DNA of 64,000 bases, taken from the IMG/VR virus record IMGVR_UViG_3300030103_003573, positions 4,156 through 68,155 of that record. One strand, given 5' to 3'. Made by a program: the position numbers and the translations under genes. The first letter of the stretch is position 1; the number at the start of each line of letters is the position of its first letter. The notes below the pieces were generated by a model. The model saw only the letters and a list, made by a program, of their open reading frames with translations, was not told the DNA's origin and searched no databases. Positions 48,989-56,201 of the stretch are shown here, piece after piece. Origin of the DNA: a virus.

Positions 48989-49012
48989 CCGTCAATTCTT
49001 TTCTAATAAAGT
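48989..49012 (-). promoter_or_regulatory. Repeated TTGACG-containing element, copy 3
   Basis: ccgtcaattcttttctaataaagt is identical to 47564-47587. Confidence 0.55.
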
Positions 49013-49041
49013 TAAGAAGGGGTAGAGTGTTTACAGGGTAG

Positions 49042-49059
49042 GGTTAACGGTCGTTAACC
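49042..49059. repeat. GGTTAAC-N4-GTTAACC palindrome, copy 3
   Basis: ggttaac ggtc gttaacc; contains the TAA stop of 49054..49542. Confidence 0.9.
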
Positions 49060-49542
49060 TTCCAAGTAGTCTTGGAGCTTTCGAGGGTTAACCTTTATCC
49101 CTTCCCCATCAGTAGATGCAAAGGGAGGATCTTCAGTAGAAGTCTCAGCATAACGCCAACCGATAGGATGAGGGTGAGCAGGAGGCATGGCTCCCTTGTC
49201 AATCAAGCGTTCAAGATGTTCGCGATCCATTTGCTCAAGCGTTTTCCAATATGGTGTACGCTTCCTTTTGAAGATGGTAGTGTGCTCAATCAGATCATCA
49301 TCGATCTTCTTATTTACCTCTTCATCAATTAGCAGGTTGATGTTCTCAAGATCCCACTTGGTGGCAAAGCTAAACCCTGCCGCCAATATGGCGAGGATAT
49401 AGGACAAGGCGATGCCGGTGAGTCCAGCGGTATAGTCACCATGCAAGATGGGGACAGTCCAGATCAGGGCTGATGCAATGGACACAACAAGGGCGGCACG
49501 GAGCAGCCACAGTTTTACTTTGAGTTTAGTTCTCAGTTTCAT
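49054..49542 (-). CDS. Membrane protein with two TM segments
   Basis: Two N-terminal hydrophobic helices and a soluble C-terminus. Confidence 0.7.
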   Translation of the reverse strand: MKLRTKLKVKLWLLRAALVVSIASALIWTVPILHGDYTAGLTGIALSYILAILAAGFSFATKWDLENINLLIDEEVNKKIDDDLIEHTTIFKRKRTPYWKTLEQMDREHLERLIDKGAMPPAHPHPIGWRYAETSTEDPPFASTDGEGIKVNPRKLQDYLEG

Positions 49543-49593
49543 TTGTTTTGTTTTCGTTTAGTCATGCTTGCACTTTGCAAACACATCTCCACC

Positions 49594-49634
49594 GAGGGTT
49601 AACAAGCGTTAACCCTAAGCGGAAGGTGTCTACT
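49594..49634. repeat. 41-bp direct repeat containing palindrome copy 4
   Basis: gagggttaacaagcgttaaccctaagcggaaggtgtctact is identical to 50049-50089. Confidence 0.95.
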
Positions 49635-50016
49635 AACTCACTATTCCAAAAGTGACAGTGTTGCTCTCATGCTCTGCTCCACTTCCCTCTGGTCCGAATG
49701 AGGTAATGGTAATACAGCCACCGCCTTTCATAGTTTCCACATACCACTTTCCTTTTCTCTGGCGCACCTCGAAACCCAGATTGAAAAGAACACTGGCTTG
49801 ATTGATTCTCCTTTTGGTGAGTTGAGTCCAATGCCCTTTGCCATCTTCATCCTCACCAGTGTTCAAGGTCACCTTGTAATGAGGGTAAGCAGCGGAATCT
49901 GACTCAGCAGGTTCAAATGAAACGATATCAGTTTCATACAGCTGGACGATAGTCTTGCAACCTTCATGCCTGATGGTTGTGGCTTTCTCGAATTTGTATT
50001 GTAATGGAGTTTCCAT
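49633..50016 (-). CDS. Phage hypothetical protein
   Basis: VTLNTG...TKRRINQAS...FEVRQRKGKWYV; exactly bracketed by the 41-bp repeats. Confidence 0.75.
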   Translation of the reverse strand: METPLQYKFEKATTIRHEGCKTIVQLYETDIVSFEPAESDSAAYPHYKVTLNTGEDEDGKGHWTQLTKRRINQASVLFNLGFEVRQRKGKWYVETMKGGGCITITSFGPEGSGAEHESNTVTFGIVS

Positions 50017-50018
50017 TG

Positions 50019-50089
50019 TCTTGTTTTGTTCTATTCGTTTTTACGTTTGAGGGTTAACAAGCGTTAACCCTAAGCGGAAGGTGTCTACT
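50019..50089. repeat. Composite repeat containing palindrome copy 5
   Basis: 50019-50058 matches 50459-50498 (1 mismatch); 50049-50089 equals 49594-49634. Confidence 0.95.
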
Positions 50090-50451
50090 TACGCAATGAT
50101 CACCAATCCAGCACGGGACTCATCAATCTGATAAACCAAGGTGGTGAAGTGCTTGTCTCTGCCGGCAATGACAAGTTTCTTATTATCGTAATGGTAAACC
50201 TTGTCATTCACCCAGAAACGCACGCGGCCTATGTTCTCAATGAGACAGCGAGCCACATCTAGAGAGATACGAGTATGCTTCACAAACCCCCCATTTTCGG
50301 ACAAGTGATCGACAAGATCATCTATCCACCAATCATGCATGTCACACACTTCTTCCCCGATGGGAAGATCATAGATGTCAATCCTTGGAACGATCCAATG
50401 CCCGTTGCTTCCGGTTTCCAATAGTCTTTTGAACTGCTTTGTTTTTGCCAT
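50089..50451 (-). CDS. Hypothetical protein
   Basis: 120 aa, bracketed by repeats. Confidence 0.7.
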   Translation of the reverse strand: MAKTKQFKRLLETGSNGHWIVPRIDIYDLPIGEEVCDMHDWWIDDLVDHLSENGGFVKHTRISLDVARCLIENIGRVRFWVNDKVYHYDNKKLVIAGRDKHFTTLVYQIDESRAGLVIIA

Positions 50452-50458
50452 TGTCTTA

Positions 50459-50511
50459 TCTTGTTTTGTTCTATTCGTTTTTACGTTCGAGGGTTAACGG
50501 GCGTTAACCTC
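50459..50511. repeat. Leader repeat plus palindrome copy 6
   Basis: gagggttaac gggc gttaacctc; contains the TAA stop of 50494..51183. Confidence 0.92.
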
Positions 50512-51183
50512 AGCATGACCGGCGGCAAGATAGATCAGATCGTCAATCGCCTTCTTCCGGCCCTTGCCTTTCAACTCAGGCAGGTTCTTGCGTAGGATCT
50601 TGAGCGCAAGTTGCACGTTCTCCCTTGGAGTGTTTGCCTTTGCAGGAGCAGGAGCAGGAGCAGGAGCAGGGGAGAGGGGAACAACCGTGGAAGTCACAAC
50701 AGCTTTCACCTTGTCACCGTTATCAGTGTTACCCTTGTTAGCCCTGTATTTGATTGCAAGATCAGAGGAACGAACCTTGCTCCATGTTGCCGATGATCCT
50801 TTATCCTCCTTGGTGACCTTTGCGCCATGCGCTTTCAAGGCTTCCATTGCGCCTTGCCAAGCGTCTTTCATCCGGTTGGAAATGTCATATTGATCTTTCG
50901 GGGTTTCAGCATGAAAGCCTGAGTATTTTACCCAGATTTTCATGGCAACGCGCAACTTGGCGTGGAGGCCGGTAGCTGCATACGTTTTGACAACGTGGAT
51001 AGCTACCGCATCATCTATTGAATACTTCCTTGCATAGTTGAATGATCTTTCTGCAAAGGATTCAATGGATTGGCTGAGTTTGATGCTGGAGGTTCCAAGC
51101 GCCTTGAACTCTTTTGAATCCATGCCAGCAACTCCAAGTTCTTTCAGGACAGCATTTGCAGTGGTATTGATATGATTACTCAT
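50494..51183 (-). CDS. Hypothetical protein, first gene of the putative early operon
   Basis: 229 aa with a (PA)5 linker encoded by a 6-bp repeat. Confidence 0.75.
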   Translation of the reverse strand: MSNHINTTANAVLKELGVAGMDSKEFKALGTSSIKLSQSIESFAERSFNYARKYSIDDAVAIHVVKTYAATGLHAKLRVAMKIWVKYSGFHAETPKDQYDISNRMKDAWQGAMEALKAHGAKVTKEDKGSSATWSKVRSSDLAIKYRANKGNTDNGDKVKAVVTSTVVPLSPAPAPAPAPAKANTPRENVQLALKILRKNLPELKGKGRKKAIDDLIYLAAGHAEVNAR

Positions 51184-51215
51184 CTTCTTGTATTGTTTTT
51201 ACTTTTGTTGGATAG

Positions 51216-51250
51216 GGGAGAGGGTTAACGGCTGTTAACCTTGTCTCCCT
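51216..51250. repeat. GGTTAAC-N4-GTTAACC palindrome, copy 7
   Basis: ggttaac ggct gttaacc (51223-51240) with extended gggaga/tctccc arms, upstream of the first early gene. Confidence 0.9.
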
Positions 51251-51556
51251 TCACTATCTAAAGCGATCCGAGGAGAGGAAAGACTTTGAAACAAGGGAAA
51301 AGGGGATGCGGTAAACGCGGCGCTTTCCTTTCAGACTAGGGGAGGGAAACCATGCAACCATGCAAAATGCCGTTTGCTCAGTGCTATATAGTCCTGCAAA
51401 GTGTTTTGTTACCAAGTGTGATAGCTAACCCATTGAGAATCAGTCAGTTAGGTTATAACTTCCAACAAGATGTGTAATGCGGAGTCCCACGCCACGGGGG
51501 GGTATGCGCTTTTTGTGCGCGCGCGCGTGTACATATATACCTGTCTGTGAAAAAAT

Positions 51557-51584
51557 TTGACAAGACTCGTTCTGCACGAATAAT
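51557..51584 (+). promoter_or_regulatory. Sigma70-like promoter
   Basis: TTGACA-16-AATAAT with an upstream A-tract; ATG 51595 follows after 10 nt. Confidence 0.5.
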
Positions 51585-51594
51585 GCACGCGATC

Positions 51595-51834
51595 ATGGCA
51601 TCGAAGGAATATTACCGTAAAAACAGAGAGGCCCGTCTCAAATACCAGCGTGATTACTACAAGGCGAACAAGGGGAGAATCGCTAGAAAACGTGAGGTTG
51701 CAGAAACCGTGGATCCAAATCTTGCCAAGCGACGGAAAGAATATCAGCGTGCATATTACCGCAAACACCGTGCGCGTATTCTGAAAATGCGTGCAGAGCA
51801 GTATGCGATGAAGAAGTCCGCAAACCGCAAATGA
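51595..51834 (+). CDS. Small basic protein with three YYxxNR-type repeats
   Basis: EYYRKNRE / DYYKANKG / AYYRKHRA helices, similar to segments found next to HNH domains. Confidence 0.6.
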   Translation: MASKEYYRKNREARLKYQRDYYKANKGRIARKREVAETVDPNLAKRRKEYQRAYYRKHRARILKMRAEQYAMKKSANRK

Positions 51835-51845
51835 AAAGTCCTCTA

Positions 51846-51886
51846 ATATATATATAGATCAGTATAGTACTATACTAGTATATATA
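51846..51886. other. AT-rich palindromic element
   Basis: Perfect 16-bp palindrome agtatagtactatact (51861-51876) flanked by (TA)n tracts. Confidence 0.7.
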
Positions 51887-51914
51887 GCCCCAGAGAAAGT
51901 TTTCAACCACGCTC

Positions 51915-52388
51915 ATGCACATCCCAGAAGGCTTTACCTTAATTCCTAGGACGAAACACTACTACCTCTCTAAAGAGGGCTTCGTCTACAACTTAAAAAC
52001 ACGCAAGCGCCTTAACAAGACCTTTGACGGATACCACATTTGCACATGGGTAATGGATAGTGACGGGAAGCAATTTAAGTTCTTTCACAACAAAAAGAAT
52101 AAGACGCCACTCCCACACTACCCCCTTGAGCGCGTCATGGAGGAGTGCATGGAAATACCCGATTACCCTGACTACGCGATCAACCCGAGGGGCTTGGTGT
52201 GGCGCATTACTCCCCGTGAGAAGGGACCGAATGCAGGTCGCATCTACGTTCTGCGCGAGCACATACACCAGAACAAGACGTATGTCTGGCTGACGCATCC
52301 CGACAATTCTTTGCTCCGCAAGCGTTTCCGGCCCTATCATCTGGCCAAGCAAGTCTGGGGGGACGATGCCGATGTGGATGACGAGTGA
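51915..52388 (+). CDS. Tandem NUMOD4-like protein
   Basis: IPRTKHYYLSKEGFVY and IPDYPDYAINPRGLVW; no HNH catalytic motif seen. Confidence 0.55.
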   Translation: MHIPEGFTLIPRTKHYYLSKEGFVYNLKTRKRLNKTFDGYHICTWVMDSDGKQFKFFHNKKNKTPLPHYPLERVMEECMEIPDYPDYAINPRGLVWRITPREKGPNAGRIYVLREHIHQNKTYVWLTHPDNSLLRKRFRPYHLAKQVWGDDADVDDE

Positions 52389-52441
52389 TCACCCCATTGC
52401 CTCATTCCAGAGACTAGCCCCCTGTGGTATTATGTATGGGC

Positions 52442-52624
52442 GTGAAAAAGGCGTCCACATTTATGGAGACCCTTGTGGTTGTGGCAATTACAATGGTCCT
52501 GACCGGACTTGTCATTGAAGCTGCTTTCCGTGTTTACGAGAGTTTTGTCAGCGTAAACAAAGAACACCACCTCTACGACCCCAAGAATTCGCACCCATCA
52601 GGCAACAGTCATATGTCGCGTTAG
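52442..52624 (+). CDS. Small prepilin-like protein
   Basis: MKKA/STFMETLVVVAITMVLTGLV resembles a type III signal peptide with Glu at +5; preceded by TTCCAG-17-TATTAT with an extended -10; alternative start ATG 52436. Confidence 0.55.
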   Translation: MKKASTFMETLVVVAITMVLTGLVIEAAFRVYESFVSVNKEHHLYDPKNSHPSGNSHMSR

Positions 52625-52671
52625 CACCCTCAAATCGACATATCTGCATAACGTGCCTACCATGTAGACAC

Positions 52672-52716
52672 AAAAAACCCCCGCTGCGTATGACAGAACC
52701 GCAGCGGGGGTTTGTT
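52672..52716. terminator. Bidirectional intrinsic terminator
   Basis: aaacccccgctgcg...cgcagcgggggttt between convergent genes. Confidence 0.75.
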
Positions 52717-52809
52717 CTAGTAGCCTTTGCCTTTTCTTTTCCCCTTGCCCCCAGATGGCTTGGGTTTAGACATCGGCTTTGCTTTTTTTCCTCCCTTGCC
52801 GTAAGCCAT
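52717..52809 (-). CDS. 30-aa Lys/Gly-rich peptide (below the ORF-track cutoff)
   Basis: MAYGKGGKKAKPMSKPKPSGGKGKRKGKGY; starts 3 nt after the upstream stop and ends at the terminator. Confidence 0.55.
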   Translation of the reverse strand: MAYGKGGKKAKPMSKPKPSGGKGKRKGKGY

Positions 52810-52812
52810 AAC

Positions 52813-53022
52813 TTATTTACCTTCCTCTTCTTCGGTGGGGACCAGATCAAGCCCAATGCAGAACTTAGGCGGCACGGGTCTGAGTTCCAGATCCAGTTTT
52901 GCTGATGTTGATGGGTTTGTGAATGGTAGTGGAACTTGTCCACCAAGGTCTGCTGTTGAACAAGAAACTGTGAAGAATCCAGCCAGCAGGATTAGATGTA
53001 GGTAAATGAAATATCCTTTCAT
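52813..53022 (-). CDS. Small lipoprotein
   Basis: MKGYFIYLHLILLAGFFTVS-C signal peptide with a lipobox-like site. Confidence 0.6.
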   Translation of the reverse strand: MKGYFIYLHLILLAGFFTVSCSTADLGGQVPLPFTNPSTSAKLDLELRPVPPKFCIGLDLVPTEEEEGK

Positions 53023-53111
53023 ATTCTTCCTTTTATTCTCCCGCCCTACGAGTGTCCAGCCTAATATACAGAATTGACTAAAGGCTTGGAAAAAGGTATT
53101 AGCTTATAATA

Positions 53112-55373
53112 ATGAGCAGCACCTATGCCATTGACGGCCTAGAACTCGCTTCCTTAGACGATAAAGGAAAGCCCGTGGAGACGCGCTTGAAAGATGTCAA
53201 AAGCGCCCTCTCCATTTTTTCAACCCTGCTAAGATCCGACGAGAAGTCATCTATTAACAGAGCAAGGATTGACGCCATGTTTGATGGTGCTGCTCCATAC
53301 GAACAGTCCAGCCTAGTGACTAGTGGGCAAGGATTGAAAACAAACCTGAATTTTGGCGATGCTCAACGACTCCTCGATGTGGCTTTGTCTGCTTATGTTG
53401 ACCTTTATAGTTCTCTGGAGAGACTCGTCGAAGTGCGTGGCACGCAAGGAGAAGCGTCAGAGATCAAACCGGCAGAAGAAATAGTAGCTGACGAACTTAC
53501 GCAGATGATGAGGGCATGGCCCGAGTTTCACAGTGCGTATCTTCGTTTATGCACAACCTTCATTAAGCATGGCGTTTCTGCGGCTTTCTTTGATACACCC
53601 GACGATTGGCGTTTCAGGGTTGGCGGCTTCAATGATTTGCTCATCCCCCGACAGACTCCCTCTAATGAAGAGTGCATCGATGTGGCGGTGGGCCGTAGGC
53701 AATACCTGCTGCATGAACTTTACGCCCACATCAAGAATCCTGAAGCCGCCGCCAAGGTTGGCTGGGATGTTGATGAGGTAAAACGAGTTATTGAGAAAAC
53801 AGCTTCTACAAATGGGCGGTCTGGGAAAACTGGGACTTACAGCACCAGACAGTTTGAGGAGTTGCAGCAGGAGATGAAGAACAACGATCTCTACACTGGG
53901 ATTCAAAACCCGACAGTTTCTGTTCTGCATTTCTGGGTTCGTGAGATGGACGGTAGTGTCAGTCACTACATTGCTTCGGAGCACTCTCCTAAAGACTTTA
54001 TGTATAAGAAGGTTAGCCGCTACGCTAGTGTGGAACAGGCTTACATTCTTTTCACCTATGGTGTTGGCAGCAATGGGACATATCATTCCATCCGTGGTTT
54101 GGGGCAGCGGATCTTCGCCCACGTTCAGACCAGTAACAGGCTGCGTTGTCAGCAGATCGACGGAGCTATGCTTGCCTCTGCTGTAATGATCCAGCCAGAG
54201 AATCAAAGGTCACTGGACGAACTACAGTTCACCTATTACGGGGCGTATGCTGTGCTTTCTCCGAACGTAAAAATTGTTGAGAAAGCTATTCCAAACCTTG
54301 GCACGGCGGTGCAACCAGCATTGCAGGATCTTACCAACCAGTTGCAACTTAACACTGACACGGTAAGCACGTATGGCCCGAATCAGAGTTCACCATACCG
54401 CAACAAGATGCAGGTCGTCGCGGACATGGATGTTACCACCCGCCTTTCTGGAGCGAGCCTTAACTTGTTTTATTCAAGTTGGACTAGGCTTTTGAGGGAG
54501 GTGGTTCGACGGATTGTCACAACCAAGAAGCCAGATGCTGCTGTAAAAGACTTCTTTGATCGTTGCGCTGCAAAAGGGATTTCAAAAGAATTCATTAAGA
54601 CCTTGGACCTAGACCGAACCAAGGCTGTCCGCTCCATTGGTAATGGTAGCCACGCCAACCGCATGGTTGCCCTCAAAGAACTCCAAGGTATTAGCGGCCA
54701 GTTTGACGACGTTGGTAGGCGCAACCTGACAAGGGACATTGTATCCACCCGTGTTGGCCACGATCTTGCAGATAGATACGTTCCTTCCGATATTCAGAAG
54801 CGGCCCACTGTGGATGTTAAGATTGCGTTCTTTGAGAACCAGCAACTGTCGTCAGGGCAACCTGTTCCTGTTGTGGGCAATGAACTCCACGGCACTCACC
54901 TAAGTGTCCATGTCCCGGCACTTAACCAGATTATAGAACAATTAAACACTGGTGAAGTTGATCCAATGCAATCACTCCCTGTGTTGCAAGCGTTCTACGA
55001 ACATATCAGTCAAACAGTTCAATTCGCTGCTGGAGATCCTGCACTGCAAGCTGAAGTTGGTCAGGCTAATCAGATCCTCCAATTCGCTGAAGAGGCAATC
55101 AACAACGCAACTAAAGCGGCACAAAAAATTCAAAGAGATCAGCAAAGAGCAGCTCAAGAAGAAGCTGAGTTTGCTGCTGCCCAAGGACAACCCGCCCCTG
55201 CTCCTGAACAACCACAGGTTGATACCAAGATGATGGAGCATGAAATCAAGATGCGTATTGCTCAAGAGAAAGCACAGGTTGATATGGCTATCAAACAGCA
55301 GAAGCACGATCAGGAGATGGCCATGCGTGATGCTAAGTCAGCTCTTGAATTCCGCGAAAACAGTGACATCTGA
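53112..55373 (+). CDS. Portal protein
   Basis: 753 aa with a Gln-rich coiled-coil C-terminal barrel; heads the scaffold-capsid block. Confidence 0.75.
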   Translation: MSSTYAIDGLELASLDDKGKPVETRLKDVKSALSIFSTLLRSDEKSSINRARIDAMFDGAAPYEQSSLVTSGQGLKTNLNFGDAQRLLDVALSAYVDLYSSLERLVEVRGTQGEASEIKPAEEIVADELTQMMRAWPEFHSAYLRLCTTFIKHGVSAAFFDTPDDWRFRVGGFNDLLIPRQTPSNEECIDVAVGRRQYLLHELYAHIKNPEAAAKVGWDVDEVKRVIEKTASTNGRSGKTGTYSTRQFEELQQEMKNNDLYTGIQNPTVSVLHFWVREMDGSVSHYIASEHSPKDFMYKKVSRYASVEQAYILFTYGVGSNGTYHSIRGLGQRIFAHVQTSNRLRCQQIDGAMLASAVMIQPENQRSLDELQFTYYGAYAVLSPNVKIVEKAIPNLGTAVQPALQDLTNQLQLNTDTVSTYGPNQSSPYRNKMQVVADMDVTTRLSGASLNLFYSSWTRLLREVVRRIVTTKKPDAAVKDFFDRCAAKGISKEFIKTLDLDRTKAVRSIGNGSHANRMVALKELQGISGQFDDVGRRNLTRDIVSTRVGHDLADRYVPSDIQKRPTVDVKIAFFENQQLSSGQPVPVVGNELHGTHLSVHVPALNQIIEQLNTGEVDPMQSLPVLQAFYEHISQTVQFAAGDPALQAEVGQANQILQFAEEAINNATKAAQKIQRDQQRAAQEEAEFAAAQGQPAPAPEQPQVDTKMMEHEIKMRIAQEKAQVDMAIKQQKHDQEMAMRDAKSALEFRENSDI

Positions 55374-55680
55374 AGAACTTTTGGCACTGCATAAAGAGAC
55401 TTGTGAATCTTGTCTCGATATTATGCGTAAGAAAAATTCTGACTACACTGGTGGTAAGAATTCTACGGACCCCTTTGCAAATTTTAAGTGTAGCGAGGTT
55501 CTCGATATTCACCCTGTGCATGGACTGCTGATAAGAGTGATGGATAAAATCAAACGTATCCATTCATTTGTGAACGACAAAGAGCTGCAAGTTCCAGATG
55601 AGACTGTGGATGATGCCTGTGAGGACATAATTAACTACGCTATTTTGGCTAAAGCCATGCTCCGCGAAGAGCGTAAGTAA
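55363..55680 (+). CDS. DUF1599/Nmad1-like all-alpha protein
   Basis: KKNSDY...DPFANF...RVMDKIKR...ETVDDACEDIINYA; start moved to GTG 55363. Confidence 0.7.
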   Translation: MTSEELLALHKETCESCLDIMRKKNSDYTGGKNSTDPFANFKCSEVLDIHPVHGLLIRVMDKIKRIHSFVNDKELQVPDETVDDACEDIINYAILAKAMLREERK

Positions 55681-55732
55681 TTTTTCCAACATTTCCTTTG
55701 TCAGTTCTTCTCCGCTGTGGTATCGAAATGTC

Positions 55733-55921
55733 GTGAGTCTGAAGCGTGGCAGATACAACAAGGAAAGTAATGTTAGATCTACTAAAGGTGTTTATATCAG
55801 CAACCTTTCTACTTCTGTAAATAAAGCCTGTGATGCTTGGCTTAAGAAAAAAGGAATTGAGACAACAATCTGGACACCGTGGGGCAGGAAAAAACCAAGG
55901 AGTAATGAGCAAGCATCCTAA
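55733..55921 (+). CDS. Small basic hypothetical protein
   Basis: 62 aa; preceded by TTGTCA-17-TATCGA with TGTGG. Confidence 0.4.
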   Translation: MSLKRGRYNKESNVRSTKGVYISNLSTSVNKACDAWLKKKGIETTIWTPWGRKKPRSNEQAS

Positions 55922-56201
55922 GCCACCTATTCCTATTGACCATTGGTTTAAAGATTTAGCGTCTGTTGAGTCTTTACGGGATGTTTTAGATAACGCAGCA
56001 TTCAAGCAAGCTGTCGCTATTTTAAAAGAAATAGGAGGCCCATCGTTTGGCACCTTACAAGATAATGACACAAACAGCTTAAGGCACGCTTGGTATGCAG
56101 GTTACCGCGATGCTTTCAATGATCTTCAAAAACTAACTAAACTACCAGTCAACGAAAACAAAAACATCCAGCCCGACGAATGGCTACACATTGAGCAATG
56201 A
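55905..56201 (+). CDS. Hypothetical head-module protein
   Basis: AAGGAG before ATG 55905; ATGA overlap with the scaffold gene. Confidence 0.6.
   Translation: MSKHPKPPIPIDHWFKDLASVESLRDVLDNAAFKQAVAILKEIGGPSFGTLQDNDTNSLRHAWYAGYRDAFNDLQKLTKLPVNENKNIQPDEWLHIEQ

Noticed and set aside
46499-51250. True integron attC sites or intrinsic terminators
   Set aside because: The 18-bp cores are far shorter than attC, lack L boxes and deviate from RYYYAAC/GTTRRRY; no tyrosine recombinase is seen; no U-tract follows the hairpins on the coding strand
53547-54206. 219-aa antisense ORF and the many other short ORFs opposite or inside long genes
   Set aside because: Shadow frames of well-supported genes, with no motifs or expression signals
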